DNA from: Mobula hypostoma
Taxonomy: Eukaryota
Length of the DNA stretch: 64,000 nt
Assembly (NCBI RefSeq): GCF_963921235.1
Contig: NC_086097.1
Location: forward strand, 34,722,001-34,786,000
Direction: 5' to 3'
Notes under the pieces: generated by a model
The model's database searches: none
What the model was told of the DNA's origin: nothing
What the model saw: the letters and a program-made list of their open reading frames with translations, nothing else
Shown: positions 12,030 through 24,682 of the stretch, one piece after another
Position numbering within the stretch: position 1 is the stretch's first letter
Layout of the letters: the number at the start of each line of letters is the position of its first letter
Translations under genes and position numbers: made by a program

Positions 12030-12440
12030 AACACGTAGGTGTTTGCTCCGCCTTGTTACTACCAGGGAAGGAGGTAATGTTGGTGGCGGTGGTCTGGAGC
12101 CTCTTCGGCAGCTGGTAGGTGAGCGCTCGCAGGCCCCTGCAATACCGGGGGATGACGGTGAGGCAGCGGCCTCCCGATTAGGCGCCGCTTGCCCCGGAAA
12201 TGGAGCGATGGGCGGCCGGGCACATGGCGGGTGAGAGTGCCGGCCGTGCTGGGCCGCAGCCCGCTGCCTCATGCTCGGCTAGCGGCCCCGGTCCCCTCCG
12301 CCGACGGGGGCAGGCAGTGTGGAGAAAGGGCCTCGCTTCTTGCAGCGTTAAAGGCCGGGAAGTTATTGATGGCGGGGGGGGGGAGAGGGACTTCAGCCAG
12401 AGCTTGTCGCTGTTCTGCTGGGAGCCGCTGCCCTGCAAAC
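12030..12440 (+). promoter_or_regulatory. CpG island; probable promoter/non-coding first exon of WDR89
   Basis: The only long GC- and CpG-rich non-repeat segment, with GC boxes (ccgccc) and candidate donors such as ggcgg|gtgaga (~12230). The link to WDR89 is inferred. Confidence 0.6.
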
Positions 12441-12867
12441 AGGAGGAAATTAAAGTCCACACTGGGGTGAAGTGCCACTTGGTGAATATTGTTAGGAAAT
12501 TATCTGGAAAATTAGAGTTTCACACAAATGCCTGAGCAACTCAGTCGGTTAGGCAGCATCTACGGAGGGAAATGTATATGACAATCTCCTTATGATTGTT
12601 AGGGGTCAAGCTCATAGACTAAGAAGGTTTGGTAGAGTTAATCTTCTGAGCTTTAGTTCCAAACTGGAAATGATGAAAATTATCAGTATACTGTAAGTCT
12701 GAGCTTTGGAAACATTATGAAGGAAAATAAGGCCATTTGTGTTCAACTCACTTGTGTAATCTGCTTGGGGGGCATCTCTGAACAGTAGAGCCTGGAAGTC
12801 ATGTTTTAGTTGACATTGTTTTGGCTGAACAACAGAATTCACCTATCTGAAACTGAATTCCAGAATT

Positions 12868-15720
12868 ACAGTCATAGAAAAGCACAGCATGGAAACAGGC
12901 CCTTTGGCCCATCCAGTCTGTTCTGAGTCATTTAAACAGCTACTCCCATCGACCTGCAATTGGACCATAGCCCTGCATACCCCTACCATCCATGTACCTA
13001 TCCAAACTTCTCTTAAATGCTGAAATTAAGCTCGCATGCACCAATTGCGCTGGTAGCTTGTCCTATACTTTCGTGACCTTTTGAGTGAAGTTTCCCCTTA
13101 CATTTCCCTTAAAGTTTTACCTTTTACCCTTAGCCCACAAACCTCTAGAAGTCCCACCCAAACTCAGTGGAAAAACCCTGCTTGCATTTACCCTATCTAT
13201 AAGCCTTATAATTTTGTATACCTCTGTCAAATCTGCCTTTGGTCTTCTACCTTCCAAGGAATAAAGCCCTAACTTAATCTTTCCTTGTAACTTAGGTTCT
13301 CCAACCCTAATGTCCTTGTAAATGTTCAACTTTATTTACATCTTCCGTGTAGGTAGGTGACCAGAACTGGATACAATACTCCAAATTGGGTCTTTTACAA
13401 CTTCAACATAACATCCCATCTCCTGTGGTCAGTTCATTGATTTATGAAGGCAGATGTGCCAAAAGTTTTCTTTACAACCTTATCTACCTGTAACACCACT
13501 TTCAATGAATTATGGACATGTATTCCCAGATCTACAGCACTCAGTGCCTTGCCGTTCACTGTATAAGATCTACCCTGGTTTGTCCTAATGAAGTGCAACA
13601 CCCTGCACTTGTCTGCGTTAAATTCCGTCTTCCTATTTTTCCAGCTGGTCCAGATCCTGCTGCCAGCTCTAATAATTTTCCTCTTTGTCCACTACACCTC
13701 CAAATTTGGTGTTACTGCAAATTTGCTGATCCGTTTAATCACATTATTATCCAGATCATTGATACAGATGAGAAACAACAAGGGACCCAGCGTCGATCCC
13801 TGCAGCACTCCATTAGTCACAGGCCTTCAGTCAGAGAGGCAACCATCTACTACCACTCTCTGGCTTCTCCCACAAAGCCAATGTCTAGTCCAATTTGTGA
13901 ACCTTGACCAATCTCCCATGGGGGACCTTGTCAAATGCTTTGCTGAAGTCCATGTAGGCAACATTCACCATCTTGCCTTCATCAGCTTTCCTGGGCTAAC
14001 TTCCTCAGATAACTAACTATAAGATTGGTTATTCATGACCTACCATGCATAAAGCTATACTGACTATCTCTAATCACTCATATCTGCTCCCTTAGAACAC
14101 CTTCCAATAACTTTCCTGATGTCAGGCTCACCAGCCTATACTTTCCTGGTTTAACTTTAGAGCCTTCCTTAAACAGCAGAACAATATTAGCTATCCTCCG
14201 ATCCTCCAGTACCTAACCTGCTGCTAAGCATGATTTAAATATCTCTGGTAGAGCCCCTGCAATTTCTGCACTTGCCTCCCACAGGATCCAAAGGAACACT
14301 TTGTCAGGCCCTGGGGATTTATCCACGCTAATTTGCTTCAAGACAGCAAACGCTTCCTCCTCTGCAATCTGTATAGGGCTCATGAGGTTGTTGCTGCTTT
14401 GCCTCACTTTTATAGACTCTTTTGCATTTCCAGAGTAAATACAGATACAAAAACTACATTTAAGATCTTCCCCCATTTCTTTCTGACTCCACACATGGTT
14501 TACCATTCTGATCTTCCAGAGGACCAATTTTGTCCCTTGCAATCCTTTTGCTCTTAACATGTCTATAGAATTCCTTAGCTCCTTCACCTTGTCTGCTAGA
14601 GCAACCTTATGCCTTCTTTTAGCCTTCCTGATTTCTTTCTCAAGTATTCTCTTGCATTTCTTGCACTCTATGAGTACCTCATTTCTTCCTACCTCCCATA
14701 CTTGCTATGCACCACCTTCGTTTGCTCCTTAACCGAGGCCTCAATATCTCTTGTAAATCAAGGTTCCCTATGCTTGTTATCTTTACCTTTTATTGTGACA
14801 GGCACATATAAATTTTGTACTCTCAAAATTTCACTTACCAAGTATACTTCTGCCAGAAAACAGCCTGTCCCAATCCACACTTGCCAGAACCCTTTTGATA
14901 CCATTAAAATTAGACTTTCTCCAATTTAGAATTGCAACCCGTTGACCAGACCCTTTTTCCATATCTACTTTGAAACTAATGGCATTACATGCAAAGTATT
15001 CCCCTCCACAAACTTCTGTCACCTGCCCTGTCTCATTCCCTAAGAGCAAATCAGGTATTGCACATTCTCTCTTTGGGACTTCTACATAATAATTAAGGAA
15101 ACTTTCCTGAGCTCATTTGATAAACTATGCCATCTAATCCTTTCAGGTTTTTTTTGGCATGTGCCTGCGTGTATGCGAGTCTGTGCGTCCGTGCGTGCGT
15201 CTGTCCGTGATGATGGATTTTTCCTGGCGTTTTTCCAAGGCGCAGAGCGAGAGAGACTGTGTGGCGCACCACTCCCCACACAGACATTTTCGCAGCATTT
15301 TCCCTTTGTTTTACGAGGTTGAGTTGCGGTCTTGACACTCAACCCGGCATGGATGGAGAGCGTGTTTGGGGGCGGACCTGACTAGTTTCGAACCCGGGAA
15401 CCTCTGCTCCCGGGTCAGGCGCCGATGTCGTTGCGCCACCAGCCAGCCCCCATCTAATCCTTTTAGAATATGGGAGCTGTTAATCCTGCCCCTCCTGCAA
15501 CCAAGTCACACTGATGGCTTCAATGTCATAATTCTATATGTTGATTCATGCCCTGAGCTCATCTGCCTTTCCTATGATACTTCCTGCATCAAAACATATG
15601 TGGCTCCGGACATTAGTCGCATCATGGTCAGCCTTTTGATTTCTGGCTTTGAGGACTTCACAACATCTGTCTCTGCAACCTCTCCACTGTCTGTTCTGCC
15701 ATTTTGATTCCCATCCCCCT
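12868..15720 (-). mobile_element. Degenerate CR1 LINE (fragmented ORF2) containing a SINE
   Basis: Minus-strand peptides such as VDKSPGPDKVFLWILWEASAEIAGAL; CR1 3' tail near 12870..12920. Confidence 0.8.
15144..15449 (-). mobile_element. tRNA-derived SINE with A-rich tail
   Basis: Minus strand has A-box-like tggcgcaacga, B-box ggttcgaaact and an A8 tail; TSD ccatctaatccttt at 15130..15143 and 15450..15463; CpG-rich. Confidence 0.8.
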
Positions 15721-15794
15721 GCCTTCTTTACAACTACGTTGATATGGGATCAAGTTAGATCCTCAGAGATCTTGACACTCAGGAACTTGAAACT

Positions 15795-17351
15795 TCAACC
15801 AAATGTTTCTGGTAACTGTTGATCAGTCCTGCATATTGGCTTGGAGGAATTTTAGGCCATTCCTCCTAACAAAGCTATTTTAACTCTGGGATGCTGGTGG
15901 AGTTCATTGCTTGAACTGCTTGCTTCAGGTCCTTCCATAACGTTTCTACAGGATTAAGTTCAGGACCTTAACTCAGCCATTCCAGAATGTGAAATTTCTT
16001 CTGCTTTAACCATTCTTTGCTGGACTGACTTGTGTGTTTAGGGTCGTTGTCTTGCTGCATGACCCACTTTCTCTTGACCTTCAGTTCATGGATGGATACC
16101 CTGATATTTTTCTGTAGAATTTGCTGGTACAATTCAGAATTCATAGATCCATGAATGATGGCAAGCCATCCTGGTCCTGACGTAACAAAGCAGGCCCAAA
16201 CCATGACACTGCCACCACCATGTTTCACGGATGGGATGAGATTCTAGTGCTGGAATGTAATGCTTGCTTTTTGCCCAACATTATGCTTCTCATTTAAGCC
16301 AAAAAGTTCTGTTTTGAACTCATCCGTAAACAGAACATTTCTCCAATATCCTCTGGCTTATCCATGTGGTCTTTAGCAGACTTTAGATGGGCAGCAATAT
16401 TCTTCTTGGAGAGTAGTGGCTTTCTCCTTGCAATCTTGCCATGCACACCATTGTTCAGTGTTTGCCTGATGGTAAACTCATGAACACTGACATCAGCCAA
16501 TGTAAAAGAGCCTTAACAACAGGAATTCTGCAGATGCTGGAAACTCAAGCAACACACATCAAAGTTGCTGGTGAATCAGCAGGCCAGGCAGCATCTCTAG
16601 GAAGAGGTACAGTCAACGTTTCAGGCCGAGACCCTTCGTCAGGACTAACGAAGGGTCTCGGCCTGAAACGTTGACTGTACCTCTTCCTAGAGATGCTGCC
16701 TGGCCTGCTACATTCACCAGCAACTTTGATAAAAGAGCCTTAGATGTTATCCTGAGGTTCTTTGTGATCTCCTGGACTATTACACGCCTGGAATGAATTT
16801 TGTTGGCCCTGGCGAGAGTAACAACAGTGTTGAATTTCCTCCATTTGTACACAATCTGTCTGACTGTGGATTGGTGGAGCCCAAACTCTTTAGGAATGGT
16901 TTGTGTATCCTTTTCCAGCCTGGTGAGCATCAACTACTATTTTTCCAAGATCCTCAGAAATCTCCTTTGATCGAGGCATGGCACGCTTCCAAAAACCTGT
17001 GGTGAAGATCAGGCTATGATGGTGATAGACCCGGGTTTATGTTCTTCGAGTAGGGCAGGGCCTCCCACACTCTCACGTGATAGTCATCCCATTGATTGAA
17101 ACACCTGACTCTAATTTCCCCTTTAAATGAACTGATAATCCTAGAGGTTCACATACTTTTTCTGACAAATACATGTAATATTAGATCATTTATCTCAATA
17201 AGTAAATGAAGAAGTATAATTTTTGTTTGTTATTTAATTGGGTTCTCCTTATCTAGTTTTAGGACTTGCGTGAAGTTCTGATCGCACTTTAGGTCATTTA
17301 TTCAGAAATAGAGAAAATTCTAAAGGGTTCACATACTTTCTAGCACCACTG
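15795..17351 (-). mobile_element. Tc1-like DNA transposon, degenerate, interrupted by PLE insertion E
   Basis: KHGGGSVMVWACF, QQDNDPKHTS, IARRKPLLSKKN; terminus TA-cagtggtgctagaaagt on the minus strand. Confidence 0.85.
16516..16729. mobile_element. PLE insertion E: 214-bp inverted doublet of hammerhead plus tail only
   Basis: TSD taaaagagcctta at 16503..16515 and 16730..16742; junction microhomology 'ac' at 16648..16649; hammerhead at 16611..16646 (-), GUU triplet. Confidence 0.9.
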
Positions 17352-17439
17352 TATATTGGAGTGATGTTAAGAACTGTTGTAAACGTTGATTGAAGGGAAT
17401 AACTTCGCACAACTTCACTTGCCCCTTCATTGAAATGTT

Positions 17440-19045
17440 CTCACAACCTATGGACTCAGTTTCAAGGATTCTTCTATAGTAAGGTGACCAGAACTGTATG
17501 CAATACTCCAGTGTGGCCTAACTGGAGTTTTATAAAGTTGCAACATAACCTGCTGACGTTTGAGCTCAATGCCTCAACTAATAAAAGCAAGCATTCTATA
17601 AGCCGTCTTAACCACCTTATCCACATGTGAAGCACTTTAAAGGAGCTGTGAACTTGGATCCCAAGACTGTCTGCTCAGCAACACTGTCAATGATCTTGCC
17701 CTTAGCAGAGTACTGTCTCCTTGCATTTTCCCTACCAACGTGCAACACCTCACATTTATCTGGGTTAAACTCCGTCTGCCATGTCTCAGCCCATATCTGC
17801 AACTGATCTATATCATCCTGTATTCTTTGTCAGTGTTCTACACTATCCACAACTCCACTCATCTTGGTATCATCTGCAAGCTTACTAACCCGCCCGTCTA
17901 CATTTTCATCCAGGTCATTTATATACATCACAAACAGCAGAGATCCCTGTGGAACTCCACTAAATGCAGACTTCCAGCTCAAATAAGTTCCTTCAGCCAC
18001 TACCCTCTGTTTTCTATGCGCAAGCCAGTTTTGAATCCAAACAGCCAGTTTGTGTGGACCCCATGCATCTTAATCTTCTGGATTACTCTCCAATGAGAGA
18101 CTTTGACAAAAGCCTTACTAAGATCTATGTAGACAACATCCACTATCCTATCTTCATCGATCTCTCTCATCATCTTGTCAAAAATCTCAATCAAGCTGGT
18201 AAGGCACAAAGCCATGCTGGCTCTTCCCAGTTAGACCATGGGTTTCCAAATGCTCATGTACCCTGTCCCTAAGAATTTTCTCCAGCAGTTTCTCTACATG
18301 AGACTTGCCAGTCTATAGTTCCCAGGATTTTCCCTTGTTCCCTTCTTAAATAGAGGTACATCAGCCACTCATCTGTCCACCAGGACCTCACCTGTGGCTA
18401 GAGAGGACACGAAAATACTGGTCAAGGGCCCAGCAATCTCATCTCTTGCCTCCTTCAATAACTTGGGGACTTAACCACTTTAATGCTCATTAGGAGGCCC
18501 AAAACTTCCTCCTCCTTGACCTCTAAACATCCTAACATATTTATACACTCAGCACTGATCTCCTGGTCCTCCGTGTCCTTTTCCTTGGTAAATACTGAAG
18601 GAGAGTACTCATTAAGCACCTCACTCACATTCTCTGCATCCAATCAAATGTTCCCCCCTTTATCCTTGGGTGGTCTCACCCTCCCCCTAGTTATCCTCTT
18701 ACTCTTGATGTATGTATAGAATGCCTTGGGATTCACTTTAATCCTCCTTGCCAAGGACTTTTCATGACCTCTCCTGGCTTTCCCCATTTCCTTCTTTAGT
18801 TCTTTTCTGGCTTCTTTTATACACCTCATGTGCTCTGTTTGATCCTAACTTCTGAAGCTTTATATACGTTTCGTTTTTCTTCTTGACTAAATTCATCACC
18901 TCTCTGAACATCCAAGGTTCTCCTATCTTTCCATCCCCATCCTTCCTTCTTACAGGGTTTCCTGTACTCTGGGCAATTGATCTCTAAACACCCTCCACAT
19001 GCCTGATGTGGACTTGCCAGAGAAAAGGTAATCCCAATTAACACT
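17440..19045 (-). mobile_element. CR1 LINE fragment, split by the L1; continues at 30489..30860
   Basis: WQTEFNPDKCEVLHVG, VDVVYIDLSKAF, KVNPKAFYTYIKSKR. Confidence 0.85.
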
Positions 19046-22000
19046 TTTTTAATTAATTTTTTTATGAGTTTCTACATTAGAACAAAAAAAACAACGAAAA
19101 GGAAATTTAAACAGTGCAAAACCAACGTGTTCGATGTACAATTCATAACAGTAAAGAAAAAGCACCCAAAATAAAATCATATAAAGTTAGTTTCCACTCC
19201 ACCCTCCCATTACACACTCCAAGCCAACCATTATGATATAAAGAAAAGTTAATCAGAGCTTTTGTCACCACAAAGCTGTGAATATAAAAAACGTTTATTG
19301 CCTACTACCTAAACTATAGTATATTTCACATCATTAAAAAAACACCATAAAAGTTAACCAGAAAAGAAAGCTGGATGTAAGGGACTAAATCACTGAAAGA
19401 AAAAGGAAGATAAACCTTTATTCTAAAGAGGAGTTATGAAAATAATCAAGAAAAGGTCCCCACACCTTATGGAACTTTGTGTCCGAATTAAGAAGTGAAT
19501 AAATGAATCTTTTCCAGGCCTAAGCAGGACATAATGTCTCTAAGCTGTTCAGCATGAGTGGGTGGGGCAACATCTCTTCACCTTAGAAGAACTAAACGTC
19601 TAGCCAAAAGAGAGGCAAAGGACAATGTTCGCCGTTTAGTCGGACTCAAATGCATGTCAACTTCACTCAAAATGCCAAAAAGAGCAATGAAAGGGTTAGG
19701 TTCTAAGTGGCATTTAAGGATATGGGATAAAGTTAAAAAGACATCTCTCCAAAATTCTTCCAAACTGGGACAAGCCCAATACACGCGGACAAGAGAAGCC
19801 TTGCCCACTATACACTTGTCACAAAAGGGACTAATATCAGAGTAGAACCGCAATAATTTGGCTTTAGACATATGATCCTTATGTGCAACCTTGAACTGCA
19901 AAAGGCAGTGGCGAGCACATAAAGAGGTTGAGTTAACTGACTTAAGAATTGAATCCCAAACCTCATCGGACAGAGAAATATTTAAATCATGCTCCCAGGC
20001 AATTCTAATTTTACCAAAGGGGTCATATCTCAAGGTTGCTAACTTATCACGAATAGTAGATATTAAACTTTTACCCAATGGGTTTATAACAAAGAAACAA
20101 GTCCACAACATTTTTTCTGGGCATCTCAGGAAAATTTGGTATTAAAGGGTTAATAAAATGTCTAACTTAAAGATATCTAAAGAAATGAGTATTAGGTACG
20201 TTAAATTTTGCAGACAATTGTTCAAAAGTTGCAAAACTATTATCTATGAAAAGATCTTCAAAACGCTTGATGCTCTTTCTGTACCAATCATGAAGTGTTA
20301 AGTCTTGCATAGAAGGTCGGCAAAGATGATTATGAAAGATAGGACTAGAGAGGGAGAAACCATAAGGACCATAATGTTTTCTGAACTGAGCCCATATTCT
20401 CAGAGTATGTCTAATGAGAGGATTAACAATCAGTTTAGGCAAATGACAAGGAAGTGCGGAAATGGAGAAATCCTTAAGGGAGTTCAACTCCATTGCCACC
20501 CATTTTGGGCAGTCAGACTGATTATGAAAGAAAGACCAAAAAGAATATTGGCTGCCCAGTAATAAAAATGAAAATTGGGCAAGGCCATACCAACTTCCCT
20601 TTTAGGTTTTTGAAGGTGAGCTTAATATTAAGTTTGGAATGTTTGCCCTTCTATAGATAGGACAAAATAATAGAATCTAACGAATTAAAAAAAGCTTTAG
20701 AAATAAAAATTGGTAAGGATTGGAATAAGTATAAAAATTTAGGAAGGATATACATTTTAACAACATTAATTTGACCTACCAGAGATGTGGACAGAGGTGA
20801 CCAGTGTGCCAAATTCTGTTTTGTATGATTTAAAAGATTAGTAAAATTTTCTTGAAAGAGATGCTTGAAGTTCCTTGTTACAGTAATACTGAGGTAAGTG
20901 AATTGATTAAGTACTACTTTAAAAGGGAGGTTATGAAATTCTAATATTTGTGCTTCTCTATTAATTGGGAAGAGTTTGCTCTTGTGTAAATTAAGTTTGC
21001 ATCTGGAAAGCTGGCTAAATTTATTAAGTAGTGAAAACATTGGGGGTAAGGAGGTAGTCGGATTTGATATGAAAAGTAAAAGATCATCAGCATAAAGAGA
21101 AACTTTATGCTCAACACCCCCCCCAATCCCCATCAATTTAGCGCAGCTACGAAACGCAATCGCCAGTGGTTCTATGGCCAAATCAAACAGCAAGGGACTT
21201 AAAGGGCACCCTTGCCGGGTGCCACGTTTAAGGTTAAAAGGTTGGGATTGCTGAGAGTTGGTCGAATATAGCAATTTAATCCATGTAATAAAACTTTGTC
21301 CAAAGTCAAATTTTTCCCGCAAAAAGATAATTCCACTCCACACGATCAAACGCTTTTTCCGCATCAAGAGAGACAACACATTCAGAGTCCCAATTGAAGG
21401 TGAATAGAAAATATTAAATAGATGCTGTATATTAAAAAAGGGGAGGTGATTTTTAATAAAACCAGCTTGATCTTCAGAAATAATTGAGGGTACAATATTC
21501 TCCAATCTACGAGCCAAAATTTTAACATCAACATTTAACAAAGAAATCGGTCTATATGAGGAACACTCTGTTGGGTCTTTGCCTTTTTTCACTAAAAGAA
21601 TGATACTTGCCTTATTAAATGATGCTGGCAATTGACCATGTTTAAACGAATCGGATAAAACTAAGGTTAATTGAGGCAAAAGCAGTGAGGAAAATGATTT
21701 ATAGAATTCTGCAGAGAACCCATCTGGTCCAGGAGATTTACCAGACTGCAGTGCAGAAATGGCTAAAGATATTTCCTCTAATGATAATGGCTCATTGAGT
21801 TTTGCTTTGAAATCAGGAGAAAGCGAAGGAATATTTAAACTGTTTAAGAAATGCTCGACAGAAACGCTATCAATTAAAGATTCAGAGGAATAGAGTCGAG
21901 AATAATAATTCTTGAATGTATCATTGATTTCAGAATGATTCAAGGTAATGTTCCCATTTCCCATTCGAATTTTAGTAATTTGTTGTTTAACTTTAGAGCG

Positions 22001-23434
22001 TTTTAGTTGATTGACTAAAAATTTACCGGATTTATCACCATGAATATAAAACCAGCTCTTACTTTCGAGAAGTTGGTGTTCAATTGGATGAGTGGAAATA
22101 AGGTCAAACTTAGTTTAAAGTTCCACTCACTTCTTGTACAGTTCTGGATTTTTGGTCTGAGCATATAGTTGGTTGGTTGCTTTAATTTGGTTGACCAGAT
22201 CTAATCGCTCTGTAGAGGATTTTCTTTTCAAATTCACAGTATATGAAATTATTTGACCCCTTGGATATGCTTTCATGGCATCCCAGACAACCTGAGTTGA
22301 GGTTTCAGATGACATGTTAATATCTAAAAAAAAAGTGTTATTTGGTCCTTCATAAAATTTACAAAATCATTATCCGACAACAGGGTCGGATTAAAACGCC
22401 AGTGTTTATTCATTTGAGGGAGACCAGGAAGAAATATGGACAGGGTAACTGGGGCATGATCCGAAATCAATATACTCTCATAATCACAAGAGCGAACAGA
22501 TGGAATCAGCAGATTATGGATTTAAAAAAATAATCAATTCTAGTAAAAGTATGATGGACATGTGGAGAAAAAAAAGAGTAATCTCTCTCACTTGGATGAA
22601 GAGAACGCCAAACATCAGAGATCAGAGATACCATAATTAGAAAGGAAAGACTGAATTGATAAAGCAGATTTACTTGGTAGTCCAGGAACAGAGGATGATC
22701 GATCCATAGCTAGATCTAACCAACAGTTAAAGTCACCGCCCAATTTAAGAGAATATAAGCTCAGGTCAGGCAATAAAGAGAAAAAACGATCAAAAAACTC
22801 CACATCATCCAAATTGGGGTCATACAGGTTAGCCAAAACTACCCTAGTATTATATAATTTCCCAGAAACAATAATAAAACAACCATTTGTACCAGATATT
22901 TGGCTGTGAAGCTCAAAAGGAACATTTTGATTTATAAGAATAGAGACCCCCCCCCCCCCGGCTTTAGCCGGAAAAGTAGAATGGAAGTGCTGCCCCACCC
23001 ACCTTGACATGAGACGGGAATTATCAGAACTACCAAAGTGTGTTTCTTGCAAAAAAGCAATTGCAGCTTTGAGCTGCTTAAGATGTGAAAACAATTTCCT
23101 CCTTTTAACAGGATGGTTCAAACCCCTAGCATTCCAGCTTATAAAATTCAATGGACTCACCTTTGTCATTTAAAAAAACATGGAGAGTAGTAGGCATGAG
23201 CAAAATCAAACAAACAACAGCTCTGGGGCAAAAACATAAAACAGGAGAATCAGGACAGAAATATGTCCTGAATAACTAAAGATCCTATAAATGCTATTGG
23301 CAATAGAGATCCCTGCCCCCCCCCCCCCCCCCCAGATCCCACAACAAGAAAGCTATCTAAGATCAGCAGCAAGCTGTTGGGAAAAAAACCACCCCAAAAC
23401 CCAACTTCCAGGTTCTTAATATCAACATAAGCTC

Positions 23435-24081
23435 GTAAACACGAGGAATTCTGGAGATGCTGGAAATTCAAGCAACACACATCAAATTTGCTGGTGAATG
23501 CAGCAGACCAGGCAGCATCTCTAGGAAGAGGTACAGTGGACGTTTCGGGCTGAGACTCTTCGTCAGGACTAACTGAAGGAAGAGCTAGTAAGAGATTTGA
23601 AAGTGGGAGGGGGAGGGGGAAGATCCAAAATGATAGGAGAAGACAGGAGGGGGAGGGATGGAGCCAAGAGCTGGAGAGGTGATTGGCAAAGGGGATATGA
23701 GAGGATCATGGGACAGGAGGCCCAGGGAGAGGGAAAGGGGGGAAGGAGAAAAAAAACCCAGAGGATGGGCAAGGGGTATAGTCAGAGGGACAGAGAGAGA
23801 GAGAGAAAGAATGTGTGTATATAAATAAATAACAGATGGGGTACGAGGGGGAGGTGGGGCATTAGCGGAAGTTAGAGAAGTCAATGTTCATGCCATCAGG
23901 TTGGAGGCTACCCAGACGGAATATAAGGTGTTGTTCCTCCAACCTGAGTGTGGCTTCATCTTTACAGTAGAGGAGGCCGTGGATAGACATGTCAGAATGG
24001 GAATGGGATGTGGAATTAAAATGTGCGGCCACTGGGAGATCCTGCTACCCAATCTGTTATTTATTTATATACACTCATATA

Positions 24082-24149
<68 letters not shown>

Positions 24150-24682
24150 TTTCTCTCTCTCTCTTTTCTCTCTCTCTCTCTTTTCTCTCTCTCTCTCTCT
24201 TTTCTCTCTCTTTTCTCTCTCTCTCTCTCTTTTCTCTCTCTTCTCTTTCTCTCTCTCTCTCTCTCTTTTCTCTCTCTCTCTCTCTTTTCTCTCTCTCTCT
24301 TCTCTCTCTCTCTCTTTTCTCTCTCTCTCTCTCTCTCTTCTCTCTTCTCTCTCTTCTCTCCTCTCTCTCTTCTCTCCCCCCCTCTCTCTCTCACTATACC
24401 CCTTGCCCATCCTCTGGGTTCCCCCCACTTTTCCTTCTCCTTGGGCCTCCTGTCCCATGATCCTCTCGTATCCCTTTTGCCTATCGCCTGTCCAGCTCTT
24501 GGCTCTATCCCTCCCCCTCCTGTCTTCTCCTATCATTTTGGATCTCCCCCTCCCCCTCCAACTTTCAAATCTCTTACTCACACTTCCTTCCGTTAGTCCT
24601 GACGAAGGGTCTCAGCCCTAAACGTCGACTGCACCTCTTCCTAGAAATGCTGCCTGGCCTGCTGCGTTCACCAGCAACTTTG
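23435..24682. mobile_element. PLE insertion D: inverted doublet (minus arm 23435..~24046, plus arm ~24046..24682) in the L1 inter-ORF region
   Basis: TSD atcaacataagctc at 23421..23434 and 24683..24696; mutated hammerheads at 23535..23570 (-) and 24595..24630 (+). Confidence 0.9.
24083..24392 (+). repeat. Interrupted (CT)n microsatellite expansion, ~310 bp
   Basis: Directly visible; the other arm has only a short (GA)n run at ~23792..23806. Confidence 0.95.

Noticed and set aside
8195..12040. Spaced motif array as CRISPR-like
   Set aside because: Eukaryotic context, degenerate repeats, irregular spacing and no cas genes.
11862..12535. Several ORFs over the GC-rich segment
   Set aside because: Expected from stop-codon depletion in a CpG island; no recognisable protein.
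15380..15449. tRNA gene
   Set aside because: Has pol III boxes but no convincing cloverleaf; it is the head of a TSD-flanked SINE.
23901..24621. Long LS/ER-rich ORFs
   Set aside because: Translation of the (CT)n microsatellite.
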